A stretch of 64,000 nt of DNA, from NCBI RefSeq assembly GCF_009834535.1, contig NC_045697.1:19780001-19844000 (forward strand), read 5' to 3'. The DNA comes from Camelus ferus (Eukaryota). The position numbers were made by a program, and so were the translations under genes. Below are positions 61,621 to 64,000 of the stretch, piece by piece. A model generated the notes under the pieces. The model had not been told where the DNA came from. It saw nothing but the letters and a program-made list of their open reading frames with translations, and searched no databases. Numbering within the stretch: the stretch's first letter is position 1; every line of letters begins with the position of its first letter.

Positions 61621-64000
61621 TTCACAGGATAATAAAGGGGTGCTGTTGCTTTCTGGTATAAAATCTTTCAGTACCTAGCATTGTTATTCAGGGAAAACTT
61701 CACAATCTTCATAACTGCTTCATGTTCTGGTCCTTGTCCACCTATACAGCTTCATCTTTCACCAGCTTTTAGCTCACAGGTTGTGTTCACACCATGCTGA
61801 ATTTTAGCTTCCTTATATCTTCTACCATTTGGTTCGAAAAATAGAACCAGCATTAGAGTAGATTGCTGTTTATTATGTCAAGCACCAAATCAGTCAAAAA
61901 TAACATTGAATCAACAAATATGAAAAGTCCATTAACTGGAATTTTCCTTTTGTTTTATGTTTAGAAGAACACTAAATCTCTATTTTTAGGGAAAAAAGAG
62001 CACCTATCATGAATTGTCTTGGCAGTTCATGTTTATTGATACCTCCATTACCTACGAGATCCTTATTAATAAAAAAACAACAAGCTTGGATTGTTTTTGT
62101 GTAGTTATGTTTGATGAGGAAGGGAATAGATAGTGATGGCAAAAATAAGGCATTTTGGTCAATTCTTAGTAAATACTATATACTGTATAGTGTGTATTTA
62201 TATATACACCATATATATATACTATGTGCATATACTACATATATATGTATAATATATATACACACATACTGTACATATGTTTGTGTAAACACTCACTCAC
62301 ATTCACACATAATGCCGTAATGCTGCATTCTAGAGTATTCTGGTTAATGGAGCTATGAATTTTATCTTGATTACAGTCAGTCGGTTAGAAACTGTGGATA
62401 ATCTTACAAGGGTTCAACCAATGGGCTGGTACAAGCAATAACATGTTATATTGAAAATAGTACCAGCCTGGTATGTAGATGAACCAAATTCTGATCACGA
62501 CCTTGGAAACTAAAGTCTGTGTGACCAGAGTCAGGCAAATAGCTTCACTTCTCTGTGTCTCAGTTTTCTTATTCATAAATTAAGGATCTTGGAAATGCAT
62601 GATTCAAAAGAGATTTTTTTCTTCAGGTCCTTTTCAACTTACATTGTCTAAAATGTGCTTCAATAATTTTAAGAGTTTCAAAGCAAGGTGTAAAAGTAGT
62701 AGTAAAGTTTTTTTCAGGTAAGATGTAAAATAATTCTTAGGGTGTAGGAGTGATGGAGTCTAAGGTTGACTTGAAAATTTAAAAAAAAAAGCAGTTTAAA
62801 AAAAGCAGCAGAAATTTCAACAGATGACATTAACATGGGAGGAAGAGTAAATAATAAAGAAAAATACAGCAAGCTACACGAGGACTTAGATCATTTAAGT
62901 GCTAAAAGATGAAAGCTAGTTCAAAATAGCTCTAAATCAGAACAGTGACACATCTCTGCAAAAAGGAATATCAAATAATTGCACATCATTAAGTCTAAGA
63001 TATCAAAAAGTAAAAGTATAAAGGTAATTTTGTGTACATTATTAAATGTGAGTGATTCATAATAAGTAATATGATTTTTAAAAAGCCGAATATTAAAAAG
63101 AAAGAGCAACTATAATTAAGAAGGGCAGACAGAGTCTAAAGATTAGTTTAACATTGATAATCTCAACAATAGGAAAAAATACGAAGAAACTAGGAGAAAG
63201 AACATCAGGGGTGCTACTACTAATTAAACCAGAAATGATTTTTATTAGAAATTATTTTTAAGAAGTAGAAGAAAACTGTCTATTTGCCAACATTTATGAA
63301 CCTTTCTGAAAAGTATTGTCCATGTTCTTATTTAATCTCAGACCACCTGAGAAGGTGACTATAGCAAGATAGCCCTGTCCCTCCTCTATTCTGAAGCTAG
63401 ATTCATATATTTATTGATCTTTCACTAGTGTGGATTATCAGAGATTGATTGCTGGCAGTTAATCATTTGGAGGCTATGCCTTGATCAGGTCAACCTTCGC
63501 TCGTGCCATCTGGCACCCCAGATCCTCCCTAGGAGAATTCTCTAAAGAATGTCAAGAGAGTGCGGGGAAGAGATCCTACCACAGTTGATACCCCCTTGCT
63601 CAAGCTGCCCTACAATTTATTCTCTTTCCTATTAATATTGCTCTTGATAGTAATTTAATCTTATAAATAAGCATGTGTGTTTTACTGTGTACATATGTGT
63701 ATGTTTGGGGAACTGAAATAAAAATTGAAAGTAGGTGTATTTTCCCTGAGAACATTCATACCTTCTTATTACATGGAAGCTGGGGATTGTCTCCTTCTTA
63801 AATCACTCCAGAATTTTGAACCAGGGGACAAATTAGTCATGAGGAGCGGGTAGAGAGAGATCAGTGTATGGATTTCATTAAGAATAAAACTAATTACAGA
63901 CTGAGACTTGGATCAGTGGGCAAATGCGCTTCCTAATCACCGCTCCCCGCCCCCTCTTCTCTCTGACTATCTTCGACAGAACTGCATCCTGCAAAGTCAC

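Overview
Mammalian nuclear DNA, almost certainly camelid (three copies of the tRNA-derived Vic-1-type SINE). It is AT-rich, CpG-depleted and dense with eutherian repeats (MIR, L2, L3, L1M/HAL1, MLT1/MLT2, ERVL and ERV1 LTRs, hAT DNA transposons). I cannot support any protein-coding exon; the ORF track is mostly chance or repeat-derived, except a decayed ERVL pol segment near 33 kb and a short L1 ORF2 endonuclease motif near 38 kb. The main functional landmark is a CpG-island promoter at about 51.8-52.6 kb with plus-strand splice donors, probably exon 1 of a gene I cannot name. A near-consensus CTCF site lies at 4.2 kb. The most unexplained signal is a diverged ~93-bp direct repeat in non-repeat-looking DNA at 23.3/23.9 kb. 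Other points of interest are an internal inversion splitting an L1 endonuclease motif, two independent solo LTRs of one ERV1-type family flanking the promoter, and several candidate enhancers and orphan exons. I found no convincing evidence of a new biological system. Repeat family names come from recalled consensus similarity, not a database search, and boundaries are approximate unless a target-site duplication (TSD) is given.
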